Shown piece after piece: positions 42,901-59,800 of a stretch of DNA of 64,000 nucleotides (position 1 is the stretch's first letter; every line of letters starts with the position of its first letter). Both the position numbers and the translations under genes were made by a program. Source of the DNA: Auanema rhodensis (Eukaryota; Animalia; Nematoda); assembly GCA_964057225.1 (NCBI GenBank), contig OZ059894.1:12338001-12402000 (forward strand), written 5' to 3'. The notes beneath the pieces were generated by a model. It made no database searches and had not been told where the DNA came from. It saw only the letters and a list, made by a program, of their open reading frames with translations.

Positions 42901-43571
42901 TAACTATTATTTCACCAATATGCCAATACAACAACTTTTTTTAATGTGAGACAAATTGAAGCCTAATTTTATGAAAACTTTGAAACAGTTGCAGTGACTT
43001 ACACATGAAAACACATGCCAAACAGTTTTTTCTATCTCACAGTATAACAAGTAACTGAACAACATAAGCACGGCGAGGTTAAACGAGATTGATCATCATT
43101 AAACGAAACGTTTGTATATATGAATGAACTTAACTATTATTTCACCAATATGCCAATACAACAACTTTTTTTAATGTGAGACAAATTGAAGCCTAATTTG
43201 ATGAAAACTTTGAAACAGTTGCAGTGACTTACACATGAAAACACATGCCAAACAGTTTTTTCTATCTCACAGTATAACAAGTAACTGAACAACATAAGCA
43301 CGGCGAGGTTAAACGAGATTGATCATCATTAAACAAAACGTTTGTATATATGAATGAACTTAACTATTATCTCACCAATATGCCAAAAGAACAACTTTTT
43401 TTATGTGAGACAGATTGCAGCATAATTTGATGAGAACGTTGGAACAGTTGCAGTGACTCACACATGAAAACACATGCCAAACCGTTTTTCCTATCTCACA
43501 GTATAACAAGTAACTGAACAACATAAGCACGGCGAGGTTAAACGAGATTGATCATCATTAAACGAAACGTT
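36100..43571 (+). repeat. Tandem 16-monomer higher-order repeat, two copies (3680 bp)
   Basis: Private markers TAATTCGATG (36981/40661), CGAAACATTT (37121/40801), ATCTTCTCTC (37641/41321), GAAATGTTCG (37811/41491) and TGCCAAAAGA (39701/43381). Three differences noticed (~41557, ~42970, ~43335). Confidence 0.93.
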
Positions 43572-46500
43572 CGTATATATTATATGAATCAACTATTATT
43601 TCACCAATAAGCCAATGCAACTATCTTTTCTCATGTGAGACAAATTGAAGCCTAATTTGATGAGAACTTTTGAACAGTTGCAGTGACTTACACATGAAAA
43701 CCCATGCCAAACAGTTTTTTCTATCTCACAGTATAACAAGTAACTGAACAACATATGCTCGTCGAGGTTAAACAAGATTGATTATCATTCAACGAAACGT
43801 TTGTATATATGAATGAACTCAACTATTATTTCACCAATAAGCCAATGCAACTATCTTTTCTCATGTGAGACAAATTGAAGCCTAATTTGATGAGAACTTT
43901 AGAACAGTTGCAGTGACTTACACATGAAAAAACATGCCAAACAGTTTTTTCTATCTCACAGTATAACAAGTAACTGAACAACATAATCACGTCGAGGTTG
44001 AACAAGATTGATCATCATTCAACAAAACGTTTGTATATATGAATGAACTTAACTATTATCTCACCAATATGCCAATAGAACAACTTTTTTTAATGTGAGA
44101 CAGATTGCAGCATAATTTGATGAGAACTTTAGAACAGTTGCAGTGACTCACACTTGAAAACACATGCCAAACCGTTTTTTTATCTCACAGTACAACAAAA
44201 TACTGAACAACATATGAACATTGTGGTTGAACATGATAAGTCATCAATTAACGAAACGTTCGTATGAATGAATGAACTTAACTATTATTTCACCAATATG
44301 CCAATACAACAACTTTTTTTAATGTGAGACAACTTGCAGCATAATTTGATGAAAACTTTAGAACAGTTGCAGTGACTCACACTTGAAAACACATATCAAA
44401 CCGTTTTTTCTATCTCACAGTATAACAAGTAACTGAACAACATATGCTCGTCGAGGTTAAACAAGATTGATTATCATTCAACGAAACGTTTGTATATATG
44501 AATGAACTTAACTATTATTTCACCAATAAGCCAATACAACAACTTTTTTTAATGTGAGACAAATTGAAGCCTAAGTTGATGAGAACGTTGGAACAGTTGC
44601 AGTGACTCACACATGAAAACACATGCCAAACCGTTTTTCCTATCTCACAGTATAACAAGTAACTGAACAACATAAGCACGGCGAGGTTAAACGAGATTGA
44701 TCATCATTAAACGAAACGTTTGTATATATGAATGAACTTAACTATTATTTCACCAATATGCCAATACAACAACTTTTTTTAATGTGAGACAACTTGCAGC
44801 ATAATTTGATGAAAACTTTAGAATAGTTGCAGTGACTCACACTTGAAAACACATGTCAAACCGTTTTTTTTATCTCACAGTACAACAAAAACTGAGCAAC
44901 ATATGAACATTGTGGTTGAGCATGATGAGTCATCATTTACCGAAACGTTCGTATATATTATATGAATCAACTTAACAAATATTTCACCAATATGCCAATA
45001 TAACAACATTTCTTTTAATGTGAGACAAATTGAAGCCTAATTTGATGAAAACTTTGAAACAGTTGCAGTGACTCACACATGAAAACACATGCCAAACCGT
45101 TTTTTCTATCTCATAGTATAACAAGTAACTGAACAACATAAGCACGTCAAGGTTAAACAAAATTGATCATAGTTTAACGAAACGTTTAAATATATGAATG
45201 AACTTAACTTTTATCTCACCAATATGCCAATAGAACAATTTTTTTTAATGTGAGACAGATTGCAGCATAATTTGATGAGAACTTTAGAACAGTTGCAGTG
45301 ACTCACACATGGAAACACATGCCAAACCGTTTTTTCTATCTCACAGTATAACAAGTAACTGAACAACATAAGCTCGTCGAGGTTAAACAAGATTGATCAT
45401 TTTTTAACGAAACGTTTAAATATATGAATGAACTTAACTATTATCTCACCAATATGCCAATAGAACAATTTTTTTCAATGTGAGACAGATTGCAGCATAA
45501 TTTGATGAGAACTTTAGAACAGTTGCAGTGACTTACACATGAAAACACATGCCAAACAGTTTTTTCTATCTCACAGTACAACAAAAAACTGAACAACATA
45601 TGCTCGTCGAGGTTAAACAAGATTGATTATCATTCAACGAAACGTTTGTATATATGAATGAACTCAACTATTATTTCACCAATAAGCCAATGCAACTATC
45701 TCTTCTCATGTGAGACAAATTGAAGCCTAATTTGATGAGAACTTCAGAACAGTTGCAGTGACTCACACTTGAAAACACATGCCAAACCGTTTTTTTATCT
45801 CACAGTACAACAAAAAACTGAACAACATATGAACATTGTGGTTGAACATGATAAGTCATCAATTAACGAAACGTTCGTATATATGAATGAACTTAACTAT
45901 TATTTCACCAATAAGCCAATGCAACTATCTTTTCTCATGTGAGACAAATTGAAGCCTAATTTGATGAGAACTTTTGAACAGTTGCAGTGACTTACACATG
46001 AAAACCCATGCTAAACAGTTTTTTCTATCTCACAGTATAACAAGTAACTGAACAACATATGCTCGTCGAGGTTAAACAAGATTGATTATCATTCAACGAA
46101 ACGTTTGTATATATGAATGAACTCAACTATTATTTCACCAATAAGCCAATGCAACTATCGTTTCTCATGTGAGACAAATTGAAGCCTAATTTGATGAGAA
46201 CTTTAGAACAGTTGCAGTGACTTACACATGAAAACACATGCCAAACAGTTTTTTCTATCTTACAGTATAACAAGTAACTGAACAACATATGCTCGTCGAG
46301 GTTAAACAAGATCGATTATCATTCAATGAAACGTTTGTATATATGAATGAACTTAACTATTATTTCACCAATAAGCCAATACAACAACTTTTTTTAATGT
46401 GAGACAAATTGAAGCCTAAGTTGATGAGAACGTTGGAACAGTTGCAGTGACTCACACATGAAAACACATGCCAAACCGTTTTTCCTATCTCACAGTATAA

Positions 46501-49500
46501 CAAGTAACTGAACAACATAAGCACGGCGAGGTTAAACGAGATTGATCATCATTAAACGAAACGTTTGTATATATGAATGAACTTAACTATTATTTCACCA
46601 ATATGCCAATACAACAACTTTTTATAATGTGAGACAAATTGAAGCCTAATTTGATGAAAACTTTGAAACAGTTGCAGTGACTTACACATGAAAACACATG
46701 CCAAACAGTTTTTTCTATCTCACAGTATAACAAGTAACTGAACAACATAAGCACGGCGAGGTTAAACGAGATTGATCATCATTAAACGAAACGTTTGTAT
46801 ATATGAATGAACTTAACTATTATTTCACCAATATGCCAATACAACAACTTTTTTTAATGTGAGACAAATTGAAGCCTAATTTGATGAAAACTTTGAAACA
46901 GTTGCAGTGACTTACACATGAAAACACATGCCAAACAGTTTTTTCTATCTCACAGTATAACAAGTAACTGAACAACATAAGCACGGCGAGGTTAAACGAG
47001 ATTGATCATCATTAAACGAAACGTTTGTATATATGAATGAACTTAACTATTATCTCACCAATATGCCAAAAGAACAACTTTTTTTAATGTGAGACAGATT
47101 GCAGCATAATTTGATGAGAACTTTAGAACAGTTGCAGTGACTCACACTTGGAAACACATGCCAAACCGTTTTTTTATCTCACAGTACAACAAAAAACTGA
47201 ACAACATATGAACATTGTGGTTGAACATGATAAGTCATCAATTAACAAAACGTTCGTATGAATGAATGAACTTAACTATTATTTCACCAATAAGCCAATA
47301 CAACAACTTTTTTTAATGTGAGACAAATTGAAGCCTAAGTTGATGAGAACGTTGGAACAGTTGCAGTGACTCACACATGAAAACACATGCCAAACCGTTT
47401 TTCCTATCTCACAGTATAACAAGTAACTGAACAACATAAGCACGGCGAGGTTAAACGAGATTGATCATCATTAAACGAAACGTTCGTATATATTATATGA
47501 ATCAACTATTATTTCACCAATAAGCCAATGCAACTATCTTTTCTCATGTGAGACAAATTGAAGCCTAATTTGATGAGAACTTTAGAACAGTTGCAGTGAC
47601 TTACACATGAAAAAACATGCCAAACAGTTTTTTCTATCTCACAGTATAACAAGTAACTGAACAACATAATCACGTCGAGGTTGAACAAGATTGATCATCA
47701 TTCAACAAAACGTTTGTATATATGAATGAACTTAACTATTATCTCACCAATATGCCAATAGAACAACTTTTTTTAATGTGAGACAGATTGCAGCATAATT
47801 TGATGAGAACTTTAGAACAGTTGCAGTGACTCACACTTGAAAACACATGCCAAACCGTTTTTTTATCTCACAGTACAACAAAATACTGAACAACATATGA
47901 ACATTGTGGTTGAACATGATAAGTCATCAATTAACGAAACGTTCGTATGAATGAATGAACTTAACTATTATTTCACCAATATGCCAATACAACAACTTTT
48001 TTTAATGTGAGACAACTTGCAGCATAATTTGATGAAAACTTTAGAACAGTTGCAGTGACTCACACTTGAAAACACATATCAAACCGTTTTTTCTATCTCA
48101 CAGTATAACAAGTAACTGAACAACATATGCTCGTCGAGGTTAAACAAGATTGATTATCATTCAACGAAACGTTTGTATATATGAATGAACTTAACTATTA
48201 TTTCACCAATAAGCCAATACAACAACTTTTTTTAATGTGAGACAAATTGAAGCCTAAGTTGATGAGAACGTTGGAACAGTTGCAGTGACTCACACATGAA
48301 AACACATGCCAAACCGTTTTTCCTATCTCACAGTATAACAAGTAACTGAACAACATAAGCACGGCGAGGTTAAACGAGATTGATCATCATTAAACGAAAC
48401 GTTTGTATATATGAATGAACTTAACTATTATTTCACCAATATGCCAATACAACAACTTTTTTTAATGTGAGACAACTTGCAGCATAATTTGATGAAAACT
48501 TTAGAATAGTTGCAGTGACTCACACTTGAAAACACATGTCAAACCGTTTTTTTTATCTCACAGTACAACAAAAACTGAGCAACATATGAACATTGTGGTT
48601 GAGCATGATGAGTCATCATTTACCGAAACGTTCGTATATATTATATGAATCAACTTAACAAATATTTCACCAATATGCCAATATAACAACATTTCTTTTA
48701 ATGTGAGACAAATTGAAGCCTAATTTGATGAAAACTTTGAAACAGTTGCAGTGACTCACACATGAAAACACATGCCAAACCGTTTTTTCTATCTCATAGT
48801 ATAACAAGTAACTGAACAACATAAGCACGTCAAGGTTAAACAAAATTGATCATAGTTTAACGAAACGTTTAAATATATGAATGAACTTAACTTTTATCTC
48901 ACCAATATGCCAATAGAACAATTTTTTTTAATGTGAGACAGATTGCAGCATAATTTGATGAGAACTTTAGAACAGTTGCAGTGACTCACAAATGGAAACA
49001 CATGCCAAACCGTTTTTTCTATCTCACAGTATAACAAGTAACTGAACAACATAAGCTCGTCGAGGTTAAACAAGATTGATCATTTTTTAACGAAACGTTT
49101 AAATATATGAATGAACTTAACTATTATCTCACCAATATGCCAATAGAACAATTTTTTTCAATGTGAGACAGATTGCAGCATAATTTGATGAGAACTTTAG
49201 AACAGTTGCAGTGACTTACACATGAAAACACATGCCAAACAGTTTTTTCTATCTCACAGTACAACAAAAAACTGAACAACATATGCTCGTCGAGGTTAAA
49301 CAAGATTGATTATCATTCAACGAAACGTTTGTATATATGAATGAACTCAACTATTATTTCACCAATAAGCCAATGCAACTATCTTTTCTCATGTGAGACA
49401 AATTGAAGCCTAATTTGATGAGAACTTCAGAACAGTTGCAGTGACTCACACTTGAAAACACATGCCAAACCGTTTTTTTATCTCACAGTACAACAAAAAA

Positions 49501-49973
49501 CTGAACAACATATGAACATTGTGGTTGAACATGATAAGTCATCAATTAACGAAACGTTCGTATATATGAATGAACTTAACTATTATTTCACCAATAAGCC
49601 AATGCAACTATCTTTTCTCATGTGAGACAAATTGAAGCCTAATTTGATGAGAACTTTTGAACAGTTGCAGTGACTTACACATGAAAACCCATGCTAAACA
49701 GTTTTTTCTATCTCACAGTATAACAAGTAACTGAACAACATATGCTCGTCGAGGTTAAACAAGATTGATTATCATTCAACGAAACGTTTGTATATATGAA
49801 TGAACTCAACTATTATTTCACCAATAAGCCAATGCAACTATCTTTTCTCATGTGAGACAAATTGAAGCCTAATTTGATGAGAACTTTAGAACAGTTGCAG
49901 TGACTTACACATGAAAACACATGCCAAACAGTTTTTTCTATCTTACAGTATAACAAGTAACTGAACAACATAA
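42600..49973 (+). repeat. Second 16-monomer higher-order repeat (3683 bp), overlapping the previous one
   Basis: ACATATCAAA (44391/48074), GAATAGTTG (44821/48504), CTAAACAG (46011/49694) and TGCCAAAAGA (43381/47064). About two monomers (~43400-43820 vs ~47085-47500) do not match. Confidence 0.88.
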
Positions 49974-50595
49974 TCACGTCGAGGTTAAACAAGATTGATC
50001 ATCATTCAACGAAACGTTTGTATATATGAATGAACTTAACTATTATCTCACCAATATGCCAATAGAACAACTTTTTTTAATGTGAGACAGATTGCAGCAT
50101 AATTTGATGAGAACTTTAGAACAGTTGCAGTGACTCACACTTAAAAACACATGCCAAATCGTTTTTTTATCTCACAGTACAACAAAAAACTGAACAACAT
50201 ATGAACATTGTGGTTGAACATGATAAGTCATCAATTAACGAAACGTTCGTATGAATGAATGAACTTAACTATTATTTCACCAATAAGCCAATGCAATTAT
50301 CTTTTCTCATGTGAGACAAATTGAAACCTAATTTGATGAGAACTTTAGAACAGTTGCAGTGACTTACACATGAAAACACATGCCAAACAGTTTTTTCTAT
50401 CTCACAGTATAACAAGTAACTGAACAACATATGCAAGTCGAGGTTAAACAAGATTGATTATCATTCAACGAAACGTTTGTATATATGAATGAACTTAACT
50501 ATTATTTCACCAATAAGCCAATACAACAACTTTTTTTAATGTGAGACAAATTGAAGCCTAAGTTGATGAGAACGTTGGAACAGTTGCAGTGACTC

Positions 50596-53500
50596 ACACA
50601 TGAAAACACATGCCAAACAGTTTTTTCTATCTCACAGTATAACAAGTAACTGAACAACATATGCTCGTCGAGGTTAAACAAGATTGATCATCATTCAACA
50701 AAACGTTTGTATATATGAATGAACTTAACTATTATCTCACCAATATGCCAATAGAACAACTTTTTTTAATGTGAGACAGATTGCAGCATAATTTGATGAG
50801 AACTTTAGAACATTTGCAGTGACTCACACTTGAAAACACATGCCAAACCGTTTTTTTATCTCACAGTACAACAAAATACTGAACAACATATGAACATTGT
50901 GGTTGAACATGATAAGTCATCAATTAACGAAACGTTCGTATGAATGAATGAACTTAACTATTATTTCACCAATAAGCCAATGCAACTATCTTTTCTCATG
51001 TGAGACAAATTGAAGCCTAGTTTGATGAGAACTTTAGAACAGTTGCAGTGACTTACACATGAAAACACATGCCAAACAGTTTTTTCTATCTCACAGTATA
51101 ACAAGTAACTGAACAACATATGCTCGTCGAGGTTAAACAAGATTGATTATCATTCAACGAAACGTTTGTATAAATGAATGAACTTAACTATTATTTCACC
51201 AATAAGCCAATACAACAACTTTTTTTAATGTGAGACAAATTGAAGCCTAAGTTGATGAGAACGTTGGAACAGTTGCAGTGACTCACACATGAAAACACAT
51301 GCCAAACCGTTTTTCCTATCTCACAGTATAACAAGTAACTGAACAACATAAGCGCGGCGAGGTTAAACGAGATTGATCATCATTAAACGAAACGTTTGTA
51401 TATATGAATGAACTTAAGTATTATTTCACCAATATGCCAATACAACAACTTTTTTTAATGTGAGACAACTTGCAGCATAATTTGATGAGAACTTTAGAAC
51501 AGTTGCAGTGACTCACACTTGAAAACACATGTCAAACCGTTTTTTTTATCTCACAGTACAACAAAAACTGAGCAACATATGAACATTGTGGTTGAACATG
51601 ATGAGTCATCATTTACCGAAACGTTCGTATATATTATATGAATCAACTTAACAAATATTTCACCAATATGCCAATACAACAACATTTCTTTTAATGTGAG
51701 ACAAATTGAAGCCTAATTTGATGAAAACTTTGAAACAGTTGCAGTGACTCACACATGAAAACACATGCCAAACCGTTTTTTCTATCTCATAGTATAACAA
51801 GTAACTGAACAACATAAGCACGTCAAGGTTAAACAAAATTGATCATAGTTTAACGAAACGTTTAAATATATGAATGAACTTAACTATTATCTCACCAATA
51901 TGCCAATAGAACAATTTTTTTTAATGTGAGACAGATTGCAGCATAATTTGATGAGAACTTCAGAACAGTTGCAGTGACTCACACATGGAAACACATGCCA
52001 AACCGTTTTTTCTATCTCACAGTATAACAAGTAACTGAACAACATAAGCTCGTCGAGGTTAAACAAGATTGATCATTTTTTAACGAAACGTTTGTATATA
52101 TGAATGAACTTAACTATTATCTCACCAATATGCCAATAGAACAATTTTTTTCAATGTGAGACAGATTGCAGCATAATTTGATGAAAACTTTGAAACAGTT
52201 GCAGTGACTTACACATGAAAACACATGCCAAACAGTTTTTTCTATCTCACAGTATAACAAGTAACTGAACAACATATGCTTGTCGAGGTTAAACAAGATT
52301 GATCATCATTCAACAAAACGTTTGTATATATGAATGAACTTAACTATTATCTCACCAATATGCCAATAGAACAACTTTTTTTAATGTGAGACAGATTGCA
52401 GCATAATTTGATGAGAACTTTAGAACAGTTGCAGTGACTCACACTTGAAAACACATGCCAAACCGTTTTTTTATCTCACAGTACAACAAAATACTGAACA
52501 ACATATGAACATTGTGGTTGAACATGATAAGTCATCAATTAACGAAACGTTCGTATAAATGAATGAACTTAACTATTATTTCACCAATAAGCCAATGCAA
52601 CTATCTTTTCTCATGTGAGACAAATTGAAGCCTAGTTTGATGAGAACTTTAGAACAGTTGCAGTGACTTACACATGAAAACACATGCCAAACAGTTTTTT
52701 CTATCTCACAGTATAACAAGTAACTGAACAACATATGCTCGTCGAGGTTAAACAAGATTGATTATCATTCAACGGAACGTTTGTATAAATGAATGAACTT
52801 AACTATTATTTCACCAATAAGCCAATACAACAACTTTTTTTAATGTGAGACAAATTGAAGCCTAAGTTGATGAGAACGTTGGAACAGTTGCAGTGACTCA
52901 CACATGAAAACACATGCCAAACCGTTTTTCCTATCTCACAGTATAACAAGTAACTGAACAACATAAGCACGGCGAGGTTAAACGAGATTGATCATCATTA
53001 AACGAAACGTTTGTATATATGAATGAACTTAAGTATTATTTCACCAATATGCCAATACAACAACTTTTTTTAATGTGAGACAACTTGCAGCATAATTTGA
53101 TGAGAACTTTAGAACAGTTGCAGTGACTCACACTTGAAAACACATGTCAAACCGTTTTTTTTATCTCACAGTACAACAAAAACTGAGCAACATATGAACA
53201 TTGTGGTTGAACATGATGAGTCATCATTTACCGAAACGTTCGTATATATTATATGAATCAACTTAACAAATATTTCACCAATATGCCAATACAACAACAT
53301 TTCTTTTAATGTGAGACAAATTGAAGCCTAATTTGATGAAAACTTTGAAACAGTTGCAGTGACTCACACATGAAAACACATGCCAAACCGTTTTTTCTAT
53401 CTCATAGTATAACAAGTAACTGAACAACATAAGCACGTCAAGGTTAAACAAAATTGATCATAGTTTAACGAAACGTTTAAATATATGAATGAACTTAACT

Positions 53501-53824
53501 ATTATCTCACCAATATGCCAATAGAACAATTTTTTTTAATGTGAGACAGATTGCAGCATAATTTGATGAGAACTTTAGAACAGTTGCAGTGACTCACACA
53601 TGGAAACACATGCCAAACCGTTTTTTCTATCTCACAGTATAACAAGTAACTGAACAACATAAGCTCGTCGAGGTTAAACAAGATTGATCATTTTTTAACG
53701 AAACGTTTAAATATATGAATGAACTTAACTATTATCTCACCAATATGCCAATAGAACAATTTTTTTCAATGTGAGACAGATTGCAGCATAATTTGATGAA
53801 AACTTTGAAACAGTTGCAGTGACT
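50596..53824 (+). repeat. Tandem 7-monomer higher-order repeat, two copies (1615 bp)
   Basis: GCCTAGTTT (51015/52630), TGTATAAATG (51167/52782) and AAGTATTATT (51416/53031). About seven differences noticed. Confidence 0.85.
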
Positions 53825-56800
53825 CACACATGAAAACACATGCCAAACCGTTTTTTCTATCTCATAGTATAACAAGAAACTGAACAACATATGAACATTG
53901 TGGTTGAACATGATAAGTCATCAATTAACGAAACGTTCGTATATATGAATGAACTTAACTATTATTTCACCAATAAGCCAATGCAACTATCTTTTCTCAT
54001 GTGAGACAAATAGAAGCCTAATTTGATGAGAACTTTGAAACAGTTGCAGTGACTCACACATGAAAACACATGCCAAACCGTTTTTTCTATCTCATAGTAT
54101 AACAAGAAACTGAACAACATAAGCACGTCAAGGTTAAACAAGATTGATCATAATTTAACGAAACGTTTCAATATATGAATGAACTTAACTATTATCTCAC
54201 CAATATGCCAATAGAACAACTTTTTTTAATGTGAGACAGATTGCAGCATAATTTGATGAGAAGTTTAGAACAGTTGCAGTGACTCACACATCGAAACACA
54301 TGCCAAACCGTTTTTTTTATCTCACAGTACAACAAAAAACTGAGCAACATATGAACATTGTGGTTGAACATGATGAGTCATCATTTACCGAAACGTTCGT
54401 ATATATTATATGAATCAACTTAACAAATATTTCACCAATATGCCAATACAACAACATTTCTTTTAATGTGAGACAAATTGAAGCCTAATTTGATGAAAAC
54501 TTTGAAACAGTTGCAGTGACTCACACATGAAAACACATGCCAAACCGTTTTTTCTATTTCACAGTATAACAAGTAACTGAACAACATGAGCACGTCAAGG
54601 TTAAACAAGATTGATCATAATTTAACGAAACGTTTAAATAAATAAATGAACTTAACTATTATTTCACCAATAAGCCAATACAACAACTTTTTTTAATGTG
54701 AGACAAATTGAAGCCTAAGTTGATGAGAACTTTTGAACAGTTGCAGTGACTTACACATGAAAACCCATGCCAAACAGTTTTTTCTATCTCACAGTATAAC
54801 AAGTAACTGAACAACATATGCTCGTCGAGGTTAAACAAGATTGATTATCATTCAACGAAACGTTTGTATATATGAATGAACTCAACTATTATTTCACCAA
54901 TAAGCCAATGCAACTATCTTTTCTCATGTGAGACAAATTGAAGCCTAATTTGATGAGAACTTTAGAACAGTTGCAGTGACTTGCACATGAAAACACATGC
55001 CAAACAGTTTTTTCTATCTCACAGTATAACAAGTAACTGAACAACATAATCACGTCGAGGTTAAACAAGATTGATCATCATTCAACGAAACGTTTGTATA
55101 TATGAATGAACTTAACTATTATCTCACCAATATGCCAATAGAACAACTTTTTTTAATGTGAGACAGATTGCAGCATAATTTGATGAGAACTTTAGAACAG
55201 TTGCAGTGACTCACACTTGAAAACACATGCCAAACAGTTTTTTCTATCTCACAGTATAACAAGTAACTGAACAACATATGCTCGTCGAGGTTAAACAAGA
55301 TTGATCATCATTCAACAAAACGTTTGTATATATGAATGAACTTAACTATTATCTCACCAATATGCCAATAGAACAACTTTTTTTAATGTGAGACAGATTG
55401 CAGCAGAATTTGATGAGAACTTTAGAACAGTTGCAGTGACTCACACTTGAAAACACATGCCAAACAGTTTTTTCTATCTCACAGTATAACAAGTAACTGA
55501 ACAACATATGCTCGTCGAGGTTAAACAAGATTGATCATCATTCAACAAAACGTTTGTATATATGAATGAACTTAACTATTATCTTACCAATATGCCAATA
55601 GAACAACTTTTTTTAATGTGAGACAGATTGCAGCATAATTTGATGAGAACTTTAGAACAGTTGCAGTGACTCACACTTGAAAACACATGCCAAACCGTTT
55701 TTTTATCTCACAGTACAACAAAATACTGAACAACATATGAACATTGTGGTTGAACATGATAAGTCATCAATTAACGAAACGTTCGTATGAATGAATGAAC
55801 TTAACTATTATTTCACCAATAAGCCAATGCAACTATCTTTTCTCATGTGAGACAAATTGAAGCCTAGTTTGATGAGAACTTTAGAACAGTTGCAGTGACT
55901 TACACATGAAAACACATGCCAAACCGTTTTTTTATCTCACAGTACAACAAAAAACTGAACAACATATGCTCGTCGAGGTTAAACAAGATTGATTATCATT
56001 CAACGAAACGTTTGTATAAATGAATGAACTTAACTATTATTTCACCAATAAGCCAATACAACAACTTTTTTTAATGTGAGACAGATTGCAGCATAATTTG
56101 ATGAGAAGTTTAGAACAGTTGCAGTGACTCACACATCGAAACACATGCCAAACCGTTTTTTTTATCTCACAGTACAACAAAAAACTGAGCAACATATGAA
56201 CATTGTGGTTGAACATGATGAGTCATCATTTACCGAAACGTTCGTATATATTATATGAATCAACTTAACAAATATTTCACCAATATGCCAATACAACAAC
56301 ATTTCTTTTAATGTGAGACAAATTGAAGCCTAATTTGATGAAAACTTTGAAACAGTTGCAGTGACTCACACATGAAAACACATGCCAAACCGTTTTTTCT
56401 ATCTCACATTATAACAAGTAACTGAACAACATAAGCACGTCAAGGTTAAACAAGATTGATCATCATTTAACGAAACGTTTAAATATATGAATGAACTCAA
56501 CAATTATTTTACCAATAAGCCAATACAACAACTTTTTTTAATGTGAGACAAATTGAAGCCTAAGTTGATGAGAACGTTGGAACAGTTGCAGTGACTCACA
56601 CATGAAAACACATGCCAAACCGTTTTTCCTATCTCACAGTATAACAAGTAACTGAACAACATAAGCACGGCGAGGTTAAACGAGATTGATCATCATTAAA
56701 CGAAACGTTTGTATATATGAATGAACTTAAGTATTATTTCACCAATATGCCAATACAACAACTTTTTTTAATGTGAGACAACTTGCAGCATAATTTGATG

Positions 56801-56874
56801 AGAACTTTAGAACAGTTGCAGTGACTCACACTTGAAAACACATGTCAAACGGTTTTTTTTATCTCACAGTACAA

Positions 56875-59800
56875 CAAAAACTGAGCAACATATGAACATT
56901 GTGGTTGAACATGATGAGTCATCATTTACCGAAACGTTCGTATATATTATATGAATCAACTTAACAAATATTTCACCAATATGCCAATACAACAACATTT
57001 CTTTTAATGTGAGACAAATTGAAGCCTAATTTGATGAAAACTTTGAAACAGTTGCAGTGACTCACACATGAAAACACATGCCAAACCGTTTTTTCTATCT
57101 CATAGTATAACAAGTAACTGAACAACATATGAACATTGTGGTTGAACATGATAAGTCATCAATTAACGAAACGTTCGTATATATGAATGAACTTAACTAT
57201 TATTTCATCAATAAGTCAATGCAACTATCTTTTCTCATGTGAGACAAATTGAAGCCTAATTTGATGAGAACTTTTGAACAGTTGCAGTGACTTACACATG
57301 AAAACCCATGCCAAACCGTTTTTTCTATCTCACAGTATAACAAGTAACTGAACAACATGAGCACGTCAAGGTTAAACAAGATTGATCATAATTTAACGAA
57401 ACGTTTCAATATATGAATGAACTTAACTATTATCTTACCAATATGCCAATAGAACAACTTCTTTTAATGTGAGACAGATTGCAGCATAATTTGATGAGAA
57501 GTTTAGAACAGTTGCAGTGACTCACACATCGAAACACATGCCAAACCGTTTTTTTTATCTCACAGTACAACAAAAAACTGAGCAACATATGAACATTGTG
57601 GTTGAACATGATGAGTCATCATTTACCGAAACGTTCGTATATATTATATGAATCAACTTAACAAATATTTCACCAATATGCCAATACAACAACATTTCTT
57701 TTAATGTGAGACAAATTGAAGCCTAATTTGATGAAAACTTTGAAACAGTTGCAGTGACTCACACATGAAAACACATGCCAAACCGTTTTTTCTATTTCAC
57801 AGTATAACAAGTAACTGAACAACATGAGCACGTCAAGGTTAAACAAGATTGATCATAATTTAACGAAACGTTTAAATAAATAAATGAACTTAACTATTAT
57901 CTCACCAATATGCCAATAGAACAACTTTTTTTAATGTGAGACAAATTGAAGCCTAAGTTGATGAAAACTTTGAAACAGTTGCAGTGACTCACACATGAAA
58001 ACACATGCCAAACCGTTTTTTCTATCTCACATTATAACAAGTAACTGAACAACATAAGCACGTCAAGGTTAAACAAGATTGATCATCATTTAACGAAACG
58101 TTTAAATATATGAATGAACTCAACAATTATTTCACCAATATGCCAATACAACAACTTTTTTCAATGTGAGACGAATTGCAGCATAATTTGATGAGAACTT
58201 TAGAACAGTTGCAGTGACTCACACATGAAAACACATGCCAAACCGTTTTTTCTATTTCACAGTATAACAAGTAACTGAACAACATGAGCACGTCAAGGTT
58301 AAACAAGATTGATCATAATTTAACGAAACGTTTAAATAAATAAATGAACTTAACTATTATCTCACCAATATGCCAATGCAACAACTTTTTCTAATGTGAG
58401 ACAAATTGAAGCCTAAGTTGATGAAAACTTTGAAACAGTTGCAGTGACTCACACATGAAAACACATGCCAAACCGTTTTTTCTATCTCACATTATAACAA
58501 GTAACTGAACAACATGAGCACGTCAAGGTTAAACAAGATTGATCATAATTTAACGAAACGTTTAAATAAATAAATGAACTTAACTATTATTTCACCAATA
58601 TGCCAATACAACAACTTTTTTCAATGTGAGACGAATTGCAGCATAATTTGATGAGAACTTTAGAACAGTTGCAGTGACTCACACTTGAAAACACATGCCA
58701 AACCGTTTTTTTTATCTCACAGTACAACAAAAAACTGAGCAACATATGAACATTGTGGTTGAACATGATGAGTCATCATTTACCGAAACGTTCGTATATA
58801 TTATATGAATCAACTTAACAAATATTTCACCAATATGCCAATACAACAACATTTCTTTTAATGTGAGACAAATTGAAGCCTAATTTGATGAAAACTTTGA
58901 AACAGTTGCAGTGACTCACACATGAAAACACATGCCAAACCGTTTTTTCTATCTCACATTATAACAAGTAACTGAACAACATAAGCACGTCAAGGTTAAA
59001 CAAGATTGATCATCATTTAACGAAACGTTTAAATATATGAATGAACTCAACAATTATTTTACCAATATGCCAATACAACAACATTTTTTTTAATGTGAGA
59101 CAAATTGAAGCCTAAGTTGATGAGAACTTTGGAACAGTTGCAGTGACTTACACATGAAAACACATGCCAAACCGTTTTTTCTATCTCACAGTATAACAAG
59201 TAACTGAACAACATAAGCACGTCAAGGTTAAACAAGATTGATCATAATTTAACGAAACGTTTAAATATATGAATGAACTTAACTATTATCTCACCAATAT
59301 GCCAATAGAACAACTTTTTTTAATGTGAGACAGATTGCAGCATAATTAAATGAGAACTTTAGAACAGTTGCAGTGACTCACACATGAAAACACATGCCAA
59401 ACCGTTTTTTTTATCTCACAGTACAACAAAATACTGAACAACATATGAACATTGTGGTTGAACATGATAAGTCATCAATTAACGAAACGTTCGTATATAT
59501 TATATGAATCAACTTAACAAATATTTCACCAATATGCCAATACAACAACATTTCTTTTAATGTGAGACAAATTGAAGCCTAATTTGATGAAAACTTTGGA
59601 ACAGTTGCAGTGACTCACACATGAAAACACATGCCAAACCGTTTTTTCTATCTCATAGTATAACAAGTAACTGAACAACATAAGCACGTCAAGGTTAAAC
59701 AAAATTGATCATAGTTTAACGAAACGTTTAAATATATGAATGAACTTAACTATTATCTCACCAATATGCCAATAGAACAGTTTTTTTTAATGTGAGACAG